A program made the position numbers and the translations under genes. Under the pieces are notes generated by a model. That model was not told the origin of the DNA and searched no databases. It was given only the letters and a program-made list of their open reading frames with translations. DNA of 46,614 nucleotides from an uncultured Nitrospirales bacterium (GTDB lineage Bacteria > Hydrogenedentota > Hydrogenedentia > Hydrogenedentales > GCA-2746185), in contig CAYNZS010000002.1 of assembly GCA_964401695.1 (NCBI GenBank), forward strand, positions 1 to 46,614, written 5' to 3'. Position 1 is the first letter of the stretch. Each line of letters begins with the position of its first letter. Positions 9,857 to 18,526 of the stretch are shown here, one piece after another.

Positions 9857-9885
9857 TTGACATGAGCGGCCCTTTATGATAGATT
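9857..9885 (+). promoter_or_regulatory. sigma70-like promoter candidate with extended -10
   Basis: TTGACA (9857-9862), a 17-nt spacer ending in TGa, then TAGATT (9880-9885). About 225 nt upstream of the ATG at 10110. Confidence 0.45.
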
Positions 9886-10109
9886 GTGGCGTGAAATGAG
9901 TGGCTATCTCTTTTGATCGGGAGCAGTCCCCTATTTCGCACGGCCATGGCGGTCGACTTGATTGATAGAACGTTTGTCCCTTCAGGGATTGTCGGGGTGT
10001 TCGATCTCTTGTCGAAAGCAAGGCTGTGGGAGGCAGGAAGGCGGTTGTGCGGTTAAAAGATGAGAACCACTTACAAAATCTACTTCGGGAATGGAGGTGA
10101 AAAATACAC

Positions 10110-10565
10110 ATGAAGAAACTTTTAGTTGTTGTAACAATTATGGCCTTAGGCGCTGGTACTGCGTTTGGTTCAGCGCTATCCGTTCCGTGGTTCTTGGATA
10201 GAGCGCCATCGGACGGGACCTTCCCGCCGTCGTCGCTCGAGGCTTCCTGGATCACGGTTACGAATAACACCGATGAGGATATCGCCGCGACAATCCAGTA
10301 CGTCGATTCTACCGATTTCTCGGTCTTTATCCCGGATCCCAACTCGTTTGTATTGCCGGCGTATACTTCGTTTTCGTTTCGTCCAGTAGGCGATGATGCG
10401 GGCACAGAAGGTGGCGCTTCCATCGTGCCGAACATGACGTCCGGCGGTACTTCCGGTAGCGCAACGGTTTCGTGGATGGGCGAAGCAACTGACATTCAAG
10501 GCCGTTTGGTACAAACCTCTTCGACTGGCGACACGTTCGCGTACTTGCTTCCTCCGGGCTTCTAA
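10110..10565 (+). CDS. small secreted protein of unknown function
   Basis: Strong Shine-Dalgarno GGAGGTG 8-14 nt upstream. Canonical signal peptide MKKLLVVVTIMALGAGTAFG|S. The mature ~130 aa are beta-rich, S/T/D-rich and lack Cys. TAA stop followed by a terminator hairpin. The antisense ORF 9803-10495 is judged to be a shadow. Confidence 0.7.
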   Translation: MKKLLVVVTIMALGAGTAFGSALSVPWFLDRAPSDGTFPPSSLEASWITVTNNTDEDIAATIQYVDSTDFSVFIPDPNSFVLPAYTSFSFRPVGDDAGTEGGASIVPNMTSGGTSGSATVSWMGEATDIQGRLVQTSSTGDTFAYLLPPGF

Positions 10566-10620
10566 GCTGGTGTGGTCGTGGGGTTAGTAGACAATCCCAA
10601 CAGACATAACTAAACCTTCA

Positions 10621-10660
10621 GGGCGGGAATGTCGGAATGACATACCCGCCCTTTCTATGT
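10621..10660 (+). terminator. intrinsic terminator-like hairpin
   Basis: GGGCGGGAATGTC-GGAAT-GACATACCCGCCC forms a 13-position stem with one A/A mismatch, followed by the T-rich run TTTCTATGTCTT. It sits in the convergent gap between the secreted-protein gene and the radical SAM gene. Confidence 0.6.
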
Positions 10661-10739
10661 CTTCAGTGCGGGCGAGGGAGTCGCGTTGAATCCGATGGGG
10701 TGCGCTTGTATCGGCGAGATAACCGGGTTGATTCTGCGC

Positions 10740-12200
10740 TCAGTTGGATTGGGTCACGGTCTCTTCTGGCCGGTCCGGTTCGTAGCCGCTTCGCGTCAGT
10801 TCGAACCAGAACTTCATAGCATCGTAGTAATACTTGAATAAATACGGCCGCTTCACCAAGTTGCGTGCGACCAAGCCCCAGTAGCGGGGGCGCAGGTAAT
10901 ACTTGCGGTAAGCCCGGCGCACGATCGCGTGAAGCTGGTCGATATCGCGATAGCCTTCGGACAGGTATTCGGGAAACCGGATCGCGTCAATGTCTTCGAT
11001 GATCGTGCCCGTCGATTGGGCCAGCGCCTCGATAGGTGTGCCGTCCACGACGCGAAACGGGAAGAACATCATCCAATCCGCATTCAGTTCGCAGGCGAAC
11101 CGGATGGTTTCCATTGTCTGCTCTGGAGTCTCCGACGGGAATCCCAGGATAAACGAGCCTCGAATCTCGATGCCCGCGTCCTTGGTCCATTGCACGGTTT
11201 CGCGGATCTGCTTGCGCGTTGTCCCCTTCTTGACGAGATCGAGAAGCTCTTGAACGCCGGACTCGAAACCGTAATAGAGATTGTAGCAACCTGATTGCGC
11301 CATCCGCTTGAGCATCTGGGGGCGCACGGCCCGCATGTGCCCATAGCATGACCACGTAATGTCCAACTTCTCCCGGTCCAGCTCGTCGCAGAATTCATCG
11401 ATCCAGCGCGGATTGACCGCGAAGGTGTCGTCCCAGAAAATAATTTCCTTGTTTCCGTATTCCTTGACGAGGGGGATCAACTCGGAGACGACGTTCTTCG
11501 GAGAACGGCGCCTGTAGGTTGGCGAGAATTCGCCGCCTTGATAGCAGAATGTGCACTTGCCCCACGAGCAGCCGCGCGAAGTGATCGAGGTCGTGGACGG
11601 CTCGTGGCGCACCTGGTTCGGAAGCGCCCGGTAAGGGTAAGGCTCGAACAGTTTGCGGGACGGATGGGGCAGGTCGTCGAGATTGGCAACGGCTTGCGCC
11701 CGGCCGTTCAAGAAGACCTCTCCGTTGTACTTGCGGTAAGACAGGCCCTTGACATCGCGGTAGTCTTCGTTCGCCGCCACCTTGTCCACGAGAGCGGCGA
11801 AAGGCACTTCGCCATCGCCGGGGATTACGACATCGACGCAAGGGCAGTCTTCGTGGACGGCCTTGTAGTCGGTGGTGCAATGCGGCCCGCCCATGACAAT
11901 GAGGATTCCGGGCGCGCGTTCCCGGATCAGTTGGGCGACCGCGTAGGTCGCGTGCGCGTAGGCGGACATGAGCGAGAATGCCACGACGGCCGTGTCGCGC
12001 TCAAGGATCCTATCCGCGGTCTGAATATGACCGAGATCCGTCACCTGGGCATCGACGAGCCGGGTCTTGTGGCCGCGCGCTTCCACCATGCTCGCGAGGT
12101 GGCCAATGCCAAGCGACGGCAGGAAGCCACGTTTCATTTTCGTGGTGGTGCCAAGCGCCGACGACATGTTGAATGGCGATAGTACGAAAGTCACATTCAT
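10740..12200 (-). CDS. B12-binding-domain radical SAM protein (class B)
   Basis: N-terminal cobalamin-binding-like Rossmann part (LGIGHLASMVEARGH...VVAFSLMS...ILIVMGGPHCT). Radical SAM Cys triad in SRGCSWGKCTFC (CxxxCxxC). 486 aa. TGA stop. Confidence 0.85.
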   Translation of the reverse strand: MNVTFVLSPFNMSSALGTTTKMKRGFLPSLGIGHLASMVEARGHKTRLVDAQVTDLGHIQTADRILERDTAVVAFSLMSAYAHATYAVAQLIRERAPGILIVMGGPHCTTDYKAVHEDCPCVDVVIPGDGEVPFAALVDKVAANEDYRDVKGLSYRKYNGEVFLNGRAQAVANLDDLPHPSRKLFEPYPYRALPNQVRHEPSTTSITSRGCSWGKCTFCYQGGEFSPTYRRRSPKNVVSELIPLVKEYGNKEIIFWDDTFAVNPRWIDEFCDELDREKLDITWSCYGHMRAVRPQMLKRMAQSGCYNLYYGFESGVQELLDLVKKGTTRKQIRETVQWTKDAGIEIRGSFILGFPSETPEQTMETIRFACELNADWMMFFPFRVVDGTPIEALAQSTGTIIEDIDAIRFPEYLSEGYRDIDQLHAIVRRAYRKYYLRPRYWGLVARNLVKRPYLFKYYYDAMKFWFELTRSGYEPDRPEETVTQSN

Positions 12201-12299
12201 GTGTTTGGCGCTCCAAAAGTCTAACGTGCCACTTTCGGCCAGCCTTGCCGAAACACCCGCCTGCTGGTCGGCATTCCGGCAGGCGGCCGGTTCGTTCCG

Positions 12300-13913
12300 C
12301 TACGCTTCCGAAGGGGCGGGTTGCGCGTCCACATGCCCGCTGGTGCGCAGAAACAAGAACTCGAAACTATCGGCGAGGGCCTCGTAGGAAGCGGTGATAA
12401 TATTCTCGGAAACGCCCACGGTGTACCACGTCTCCGATTCGTACCGCGACTCGATAAGCACCCGAGTCTTGGCGCGTGTGCCGGACTGGCTATCGAGAAT
12501 GCGAACTTTGTAGTCTTCAAGCTGAAGTTTTTCGAGCTCGGGATACGTTTCTTGCAGGGCCCTGCGCAGCGCATTGTCCAGCGCGTCCACAGGCCCATCG
12601 CCTCCGGCCGCGGTGTGCACACGCGAGGTGTCTCCGGGCAAGTACAGCTTAACGGTCGCCTCGGAAAGAGACCCAAGGCCGGGCTGACGGCGCGTAATGC
12701 TGACGTGAAAACCGTCCATCGTAAAGAAAGTCGGATGGTCTTTCGCTGTGCGGCGAATAAGCAGTTCGAGCGAGGCGTCCGCCGCTTCAAATTCGTAGCC
12801 CTGGCTTTCCAATCGCTTCACGTTCTGCAAGATCGCCATGGTGTCGGGCTCGTTGCGATCCAATTCGATGCCGATGTCGGCCGCTTTGTCGAGAAGGCTC
12901 GAACGGCCCGAGACTTCGCTTACGGGAATCGTGGTCGTATTTCCAACCAGGAGGGGGTCGATGTGTTCGTAGCTTGACTTGAACTTTCGGACCGCGTCGG
13001 CGTGCATGCCGCCTTTGTGCGTAAACGCGTCGCGCCCGGTGAAGGGCGCCGAATCGTTGGGCATCTGATTCGCGAGCTCTGCGGCGAGTTTGCTCAGGTG
13101 AGTTAAGCTTCTGAGGCCATCGGGCGTGACAACGTCGAATCCCATCTTCAATTGCAGCGTGGGGACGATGGTACAGAGGTTCGCGTTGCCCGTCCGCTCG
13201 CCATAGCCGTTGATCGTACCTTGCACTTGCACGGCGCCATCGGCAACGGCTTGGAGGGCGTTTGCCGTGCCGCATCCCGAATCGTTGTGCGTGTGAATGC
13301 CGAGCGGAGCGCCTGGGATTCTGGCCCGAAGCGCCTGGATCGCCTCGGAGATTTCCCAGGGCAGGCGGCCTCCGTTGGTGTCGCAGGGGATGACAATTTC
13401 CGCGCCGGCCGCGAAGCCGCGTTCCATGGCGGTCAACGCATAGTCGCTGTCTTCAAAATAGCCATCGAAAAAATGCTCGCCATCAAGGAATACCCGGCGG
13501 TCCTGAGACACGAGATACGCGACGGACTCTTCGATGATCTCCAGGTTCTCCTCTAGGCCGATACGCAAAACTTCGGTCGCCTGCATGGGTGAAGACTTGG
13601 CGAAAATGACGATGACTTCGGTGCCCGCGCCGAGAAGGGCCTTGATGTTGACGTCATCTTCGACGGTCGACTTGGAGTGCCGTGTGCTTCCGAAGGCGGT
13701 TATCTTGGTATGCCCGAGGTCCATATCGCGCGCGCGCTCGAACAACTCGACCGCTTTCGGATTCGAGCCGGGCTGGCCCCCTTCGATATAGGCAACCCCG
13801 AAGTCGGACAGCGCTTCCACCAACCGCAATTGATCCTCCGAAGAAAACTTGATGCCGGGCCCTTGGGCGCCATCGCGAAGGGTGGTATCGTATAGTTCGA
13901 TTCTGCGGGACAA
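12300..13913 (-). CDS. cimA: citramalate synthase (LeuA/CimA family, long form with C-terminal regulatory domain)
   Basis: MSRRIELYDTTLRDGAQGPGIKFSSEDQLRLVEALSDFGVAYIEGGQPGSNPKAVELFERA and HTHNDSGCGTANAL are hallmark HMGL-like motifs. The GGQPGSNP pattern matches the citramalate-synthase-type subfamily. Confidence 0.8.
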   Translation of the reverse strand: MSRRIELYDTTLRDGAQGPGIKFSSEDQLRLVEALSDFGVAYIEGGQPGSNPKAVELFERARDMDLGHTKITAFGSTRHSKSTVEDDVNIKALLGAGTEVIVIFAKSSPMQATEVLRIGLEENLEIIEESVAYLVSQDRRVFLDGEHFFDGYFEDSDYALTAMERGFAAGAEIVIPCDTNGGRLPWEISEAIQALRARIPGAPLGIHTHNDSGCGTANALQAVADGAVQVQGTINGYGERTGNANLCTIVPTLQLKMGFDVVTPDGLRSLTHLSKLAAELANQMPNDSAPFTGRDAFTHKGGMHADAVRKFKSSYEHIDPLLVGNTTTIPVSEVSGRSSLLDKAADIGIELDRNEPDTMAILQNVKRLESQGYEFEAADASLELLIRRTAKDHPTFFTMDGFHVSITRRQPGLGSLSEATVKLYLPGDTSRVHTAAGGDGPVDALDNALRRALQETYPELEKLQLEDYKVRILDSQSGTRAKTRVLIESRYESETWYTVGVSENIITASYEALADSFEFLFLRTSGHVDAQPAPSEA

Positions 13914-13934
13914 CTCAGCGTCTCCTTGGATCCA

Positions 13935-15170
13935 TCAGGTCGATTGCCAGACTTCGGCTCTCAGATTGGCTTCTTGAATGATAGCGGCCACCAGGGTGTA
14001 TCCGGCGGGAAAGAGAACGCCGGCTTCCGCGGCGGACGCTTCGTTGTATTCGACGCGGGCGTCCTGCTCTATCCCGGGTCCGCACATCGCGAAGGGGACG
14101 GGGCCCTGGGCATGGGTCCGCGTTTCGATGGACGTAATATGGTCGGGCGCGATAAGTACGCGGCAATCGCCCCGCTCTCTGGCGCGGGCGAGGCAGGGCG
14201 CGACCACCCGTTTGTCGTAGTCTTCGATCGCTTGAATCTTCAGATCGGTGCGCCCTTCGTGACTGGCTTCGTCTGGCGCCTCGATGTGAACGAAGACAAA
14301 GTCCACGCGGTCGAGCGCGTCGAGGGCCGCTTCCACTTTGCCTTCGTAGTTCGTGTCGAGATAGCCCGTGGCCCCTTCGACGGCGATCACCTCGAATCCC
14401 GCGTTGCGGCCGATTCCATTCACCAAATCGACGGCGGACACAACGGCGCCTGTGATGCCAAAGCGCGATTCATACAGCTCCATATCGGGCGCTTTGCCTT
14501 GTCCCCAAGGCCAGATCGAAGTGGCCGGCAGTTTGCCGTTTGCGATCCGAGCCTTGTTTACAGGATGATCCGCCAGGATCGCTTGGGACTGCACGATCAA
14601 TTCTAGGATTCGTTCGTTTCCGCAGCCTTGGGGCAAGTAGGGAGCGTATTCCTGGTCGGTAATGTCATGGGGCGGGGTGCAGGCAAGCGATACAAATTGG
14701 TCGAAAGCAGATGCTGTAGGGGTTATAGTAGCTAAGTGCCTGTAGCTAACGCCTGGATGGAATGTGAGATTGCTGCCTCCCAGTGCGCGCTCCAGCGAGC
14801 CGATAAGTTCCGCGGCCTCTTTCGTGCTAATATGGTCGGCCGTGAAGTCTTTCATACACCCGTTTCCGAGCGTCACAAGATTGCAGCGGAAGGCGAGTTG
14901 GTCAGGACCCAAGGCGATTCCCCGGTTGGCCGCCTCAAGAGGTGCGCGTCCGGCGAACGATTCATCGGGGTTGTAGCCGAAAAGGGAGAGGTTGCCGATG
15001 TCACTTCCGGCGGGGTAGGCGTCGGGAATGGGACAGAACAAGCCGCAGATGCCCAGGCGCGCGACTTCGTCCAGGGCGGGGGTCTGGGCCACGGACAAGG
15101 GGGTCGAACCCCCGCAGGATTCCAGCGGGAAATCGGCCATGCCGTCGCCTATCAGGATCAGAAATTTCAA
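13935..15170 (-). CDS. cofactor-independent phosphoglycerate mutase family protein (ApgM / proposed homoserine kinase type)
   Basis: KFLILIGDGMADFP...TPLSVAQTPALDEVA...PAGSDIGNLSLFGYNP...AFRCNLVTL...HIEAPDEASHEG...IAPDH is the metalloenzyme (alkaline-phosphatase superfamily) pattern of archaeal-type iPGM. The start is set at TTG 15170, giving the usual (M)KFLILIGDG N-terminus. The ATG at 15275 would add 35 atypical residues. Confidence 0.8.
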   Translation of the reverse strand: MKFLILIGDGMADFPLESCGGSTPLSVAQTPALDEVARLGICGLFCPIPDAYPAGSDIGNLSLFGYNPDESFAGRAPLEAANRGIALGPDQLAFRCNLVTLGNGCMKDFTADHISTKEAAELIGSLERALGGSNLTFHPGVSYRHLATITPTASAFDQFVSLACTPPHDITDQEYAPYLPQGCGNERILELIVQSQAILADHPVNKARIANGKLPATSIWPWGQGKAPDMELYESRFGITGAVVSAVDLVNGIGRNAGFEVIAVEGATGYLDTNYEGKVEAALDALDRVDFVFVHIEAPDEASHEGRTDLKIQAIEDYDKRVVAPCLARARERGDCRVLIAPDHITSIETRTHAQGPVPFAMCGPGIEQDARVEYNEASAAEAGVLFPAGYTLVAAIIQEANLRAEVWQST

Positions 15171-15292
15171 AATAGCCCCTATTATCGACAAAATTGCTGA
15201 GGTACGGTAACAAGTGAAGGCACGTAAGTCAAACGGAGAGCGTAGGCTACAGCAAACTATGCGGGGAGCCGTCATGTAGGGGGATAGTAACA

Positions 15293-15940
15293 GTGAACGA
15301 GGAAACTATAGCACATGGTTTAACGCTGCTTCACGATGAAGTTCCGGATTTGGACGTGGAGCGCTGCGTCCAACGGCTTTGTGAATTCGACGATATTCTC
15401 GTGGACTGGAATGAGTACGCCCATCTAGTATCGGCGCGGGATCTGGCCTCTTTGGAGGGGCACGTTGTCGATTCTCTCGCGTTGGCTCCGACGGTTCGGT
15501 CCATCGTGTCCAAAGGAGGGCTCCTGCTGGATATTGGGAGCGGGGGAGGGTTCCCGGCCATCGTGTTGAAAATAGTCCTTTCAAGTCTCCCGATGGTTCT
15601 GATCGAGCGGGACCGGAAGAAGGTCGCTTTCCTCACTAAAGTGGTCGGCAAATGCGCTCTTGAGGATGTGCGTGTGGTGCAGGGATGGTTTCCGAGAGAC
15701 GTTCCGGACGGGCAGTACAGCGCGGTCACGGCGCGCGCGGTAGAGAGGCCAGGGGTGATTCTCCCGGCTATTGCGAGGTTTCTGACGCCTGACGCGGCGT
15801 TTGTTTGCCAGTCGCCGAGAGCCGAGGTCTATTTCAGGGACGGTTTCGACCTGGAAAGCGTAGATGATTGTTGGAGCCAGCGTGGTCTTCGGCGGGGCTC
15901 GCTGAGGATCTATCGATCTTCAAAGTCTGGGTCGGGTTAG
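15293..15940 (+). CDS. rsmG: 16S rRNA (guanine527-N7)-methyltransferase
   Basis: 215 aa. W..YAHLVSARD...HVVDSL...LLDIGSGGGFPAIVLKI...VLIERDRKKVAFL matches the GidB/RsmG SAM-binding pattern. GTG start. Confidence 0.8.
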   Translation: MNEETIAHGLTLLHDEVPDLDVERCVQRLCEFDDILVDWNEYAHLVSARDLASLEGHVVDSLALAPTVRSIVSKGGLLLDIGSGGGFPAIVLKIVLSSLPMVLIERDRKKVAFLTKVVGKCALEDVRVVQGWFPRDVPDGQYSAVTARAVERPGVILPAIARFLTPDAAFVCQSPRAEVYFRDGFDLESVDDCWSQRGLRRGSLRIYRSSKSGSG

Positions 15941-15968
15941 TGCCGTGACTCGGATTCAGCGACGGCAC
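15940..15968 (+). terminator. hairpin immediately after the rsmG stop (weak terminator candidate)
   Basis: GTGCCGT-15 nt-ACGGCAC. It overlaps the last base of the TAG stop. No T-run follows. Confidence 0.25.
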
Positions 15969-15982
15969 GTTCCACGTGGAAC
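15969..15982. repeat. perfect 14-bp palindrome GTTCCACGTGGAAC (copy 1 of 2)
   Basis: Self-complementary 14-mer. It is followed after 13 nt by CGATCTTCG. The near-identical partner is at 16412-16425. Confidence 0.7.
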
Positions 15983-16411
15983 CCTTGGGACTCCACGATC
16001 TTCGGTAATCCTGAGGTCGGGATAAGAGTTCATTCGGACCCATCGTTTCTTATACGATTTGCCCTTGGAACGGAGTTGGTGAGGGCCTAAGAAACACCTG
16101 TGATCTAGTTGTCTCTTATTGTTCAAGAGCAAGAATGTGGGATCGCCGATGCGGTGAACGACTCATCCCGGAGGTATTCTTTCTGTCCCACGACCGCCGA
16201 TGCGGTGTTTGTCCGTCGCCGCACTCACATCTTCTTGAAGGAGAGGCCCTATCTTGCCCGTATATCTGGTGTGCTGAACCCGCAACTCGGAAAGCAACCC
16301 CTGGAACGACTTCTGTGTGTGAACACCTTCTCCTGTGTAGATTTGCGGGAGGGTCATGGGAAGGGTGGATTGTCTCCGATTTGTGATCGGCCTTCTGGGG
16401 GCCTTCAGGAG

Positions 16412-16425
16412 GTTCCATGTGGAAC
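16412..16425. repeat. near-palindrome GTTCCATGTGGAAC (copy 2 of 2)
   Basis: 13/14 identical to the copy at 15969-15982. It is followed after 14 nt by the same CGATCTTCG. Confidence 0.7.
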
Positions 16426-16530
16426 ATGCACTAAGCGCCCGATCTTCGACCCCTGGTGGCGCCCTTGCGCCGCATAGCGGGCCGAGAATTCCGTTAGAGA
16501 AGCACATAGTACGCATAAGAGTAAACTATA

Positions 16531-17628
16531 TTACTCTGTCTCTGCGCACTGGTGAAAGAGTACTCTAATACACGCATCGTAAACGTCGTCTGCCGAGATC
16601 AGAGCCAGCTTTTCCGCGCCGGTCATGCGGGCAATATCTTCGCGGCCCGAATGGCTCGCCTCGGCCGTGAGGATCTCGTAGGGTCGTCGAAACGGCGCGT
16701 GGCGTTCCGGATCTGTGCCACCGAATAACGCTACAACTGGTGTTCCCATAACCGCAGCGATATGCATAGGCCCTGTATCGCCACCAACGTATAACCCAGC
16801 ATTCGCTATGACCCATATGTAATGTTTAATATCCGAAAATTCTGGGCAAATGTGGAGCGAGCGCTGAGACCGCTCTTGAACTTCCTCGACCTGCCTCTTC
16901 TGACCCGGACCCCACGTCAAGACCACGTCGAAACGTCCATCGGCCAGCAGCATGTCGCACAACCGCGCGAAGTGGGCTATCGGCCACTGCTTCTCCGGAC
17001 GGTCTACGGGAACGTGCACCGCGGCGACCTGCTTGCCCCCTTCGAAACTTTCCTCGAAAAATCGCTCGATCACCGCCTGTGTGGTTTCGGGAACATACAG
17101 GGATGGCTCGATGTGAGCGCTCCTGGGCGCCAGCAGTTCGCTGAGACGCAGGTTCTCCTCTACTCGATTTAGCGCTGCTGAGCCAAGCTTAAGTCTTTTG
17201 TTAACAAATACATAGCCGAACTCTTTGCCTCTGGGGCGCCCAAATCCGTACCGAGCCGGGGCCTTCGAAAAGGCAGTGAGGAGGCCACTTTTAAGAATTC
17301 CATGAAAATCGAGAATAATATCATACCTGTTTCGTCGAATTTCGCGGGCGAATCTCAGGAAGTGCCGTGCCGACCGGATACCCAAACGATCCCGCTCGAA
17401 GACCAGCACGTTATCTAGCGCTGGATGCCCCTGAATGACATCGGCCGATTTGGGTTCAACAGCCCAGTCGATTTGGGCGTGTGGAAAGGATTCCCGGATC
17501 GACTCGACAGCGGGAACCACCCGAACCACGTCCCCTATAGCGCTGAGCCGGATGACGAGGATTCGAGGTACACCATGGATCATAGTGGGATTCTGGACAT
17601 GAAGGGCTGAAGCCGTCGTGACGGGCAA
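16531..17628 (-). CDS. family 9 glycosyltransferase (LPS heptosyltransferase-like)
   Basis: ILVIRLSAIGDVVRVVPAVESIRESFPHAQIDWAVEPK...DIILDFHG...GGDTGPMHIAAVMGTPVVALFG are typical GT9 motifs. Alternative start at 17583. Confidence 0.85.
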   Translation of the reverse strand: MPVTTASALHVQNPTMIHGVPRILVIRLSAIGDVVRVVPAVESIRESFPHAQIDWAVEPKSADVIQGHPALDNVLVFERDRLGIRSARHFLRFAREIRRNRYDIILDFHGILKSGLLTAFSKAPARYGFGRPRGKEFGYVFVNKRLKLGSAALNRVEENLRLSELLAPRSAHIEPSLYVPETTQAVIERFFEESFEGGKQVAAVHVPVDRPEKQWPIAHFARLCDMLLADGRFDVVLTWGPGQKRQVEEVQERSQRSLHICPEFSDIKHYIWVIANAGLYVGGDTGPMHIAAVMGTPVVALFGGTDPERHAPFRRPYEILTAEASHSGREDIARMTGAEKLALISADDVYDACIRVLFHQCAETE

Positions 17629-18022
17629 CGCCGTCCGGACACAACCAATTCTATCTTGCTGGTACGCCTAATCTTAGCAGACCAGAGGCGGATCAGGCAA
17701 CCACGGACAATCCTGACTCGTAAACGCTCAGGCCAATCGAAGCCCGGAAACGCGGGGCTTTGGCCCGCGAGCCGCAAGAAAAGGGACAGACACGTCTCCG
17801 CCCGTGCTTCGCTGTGCTTGCGTCTACTTTTGAAAGCGCTCAAGAGTCCCTTTTTGCTAAGTTCCTTGCGTTTCTTTCTGGGCAAGAATGGCCTGAACGC
17901 TCACCCTGACTTCCTCTGAATTCACAGGTCGACCATCTGCCTCGCCGCTGGAAACCGCCGTCTCCTAGCTCATCCGATGGAGTCTGACAAGCGATTTCCG
18001 CAGGTGCGCCGTCTTAGGCTAC

Positions 18023-18526
18023 TCAGTTGGAAACGGCGCGATTGCTGGCGACTCTTTCTTTGAGGCGGCGTACTACGAGTTCCGGCACAAATTGCGCTAC
18101 GTCGCCGTCGAGGATAGCGATTTCCTTGACGAGTCGCGAACTGATAAACATGTATTGCTCGCTCGGCATGAAGGAGATCGTGTCGCAGTCAGGGTACATC
18201 CGGCGATTGGTTCCAGCCATCGTCATCTCGTATTCGAAATCCGACACCGCTCGCAATCCACGAATGATGGCGACCGCGTTATGCTGCCGGGCCAAGTCGA
18301 CCGTGAGGCCCTGGAAATTCACATATTCAAGATTGGGCACATGGGCTGTGACCTCTCTCAGCATTTCCACCCGCTCATCCGGTGTAAAGAATCCGCTCTT
18401 TTCGCTGTTCCATGCCACTGCGACCACGAGGGTGTCAAATACCTTCGCGGCCCGCTCGATGAGGTCAACATGGCCTAAGGTTGGGGGATCGAAACTTCCC
18501 GGATAGACCGCACACCGCTCAGCCAT
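18023..18526 (-). CDS. coaD: pantetheine-phosphate adenylyltransferase
   Basis: AVYPGSFDPPTLGHVDLIERA...AIIRGLRAVSDFEYE...ISSRLVKEI is the canonical CoaD pattern. It overlaps the larC stop by 8 nt. Confidence 0.9.
   Translation of the reverse strand: MAERCAVYPGSFDPPTLGHVDLIERAAKVFDTLVVAVAWNSEKSGFFTPDERVEMLREVTAHVPNLEYVNFQGLTVDLARQHNAVAIIRGLRAVSDFEYEMTMAGTNRRMYPDCDTISFMPSEQYMFISSRLVKEIAILDGDVAQFVPELVVRRLKERVASNRAVSN

Noticed and set aside
10740-15170. Idea that the iPGM-like, LeuA-like and B12-radical-SAM genes form a phosphonate/phosphinate biosynthetic cluster.
   Set aside because: No PEP mutase, phosphonopyruvate decarboxylase or other tailoring genes are in the window. The LeuA-like protein looks like a standard long-form citramalate synthase, and the neighbours are housekeeping genes. 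It is retained only as a remark in the operon finding.
15941-16530. Tested by eye whether the orphan region encodes RNase P RNA, tmRNA, SRP (4.5S) RNA or 6S RNA on either strand.
   Set aside because: I could not find the conserved cores on either strand: GGAAAGTCCGG and AGGGTGAAA-type RNase P motifs, a tmRNA tag reading frame with a GGGG...TCCACCA frame, or the SRP GGAA tetraloop with its AGCA symmetric loop. A covariance-model scan is still needed.
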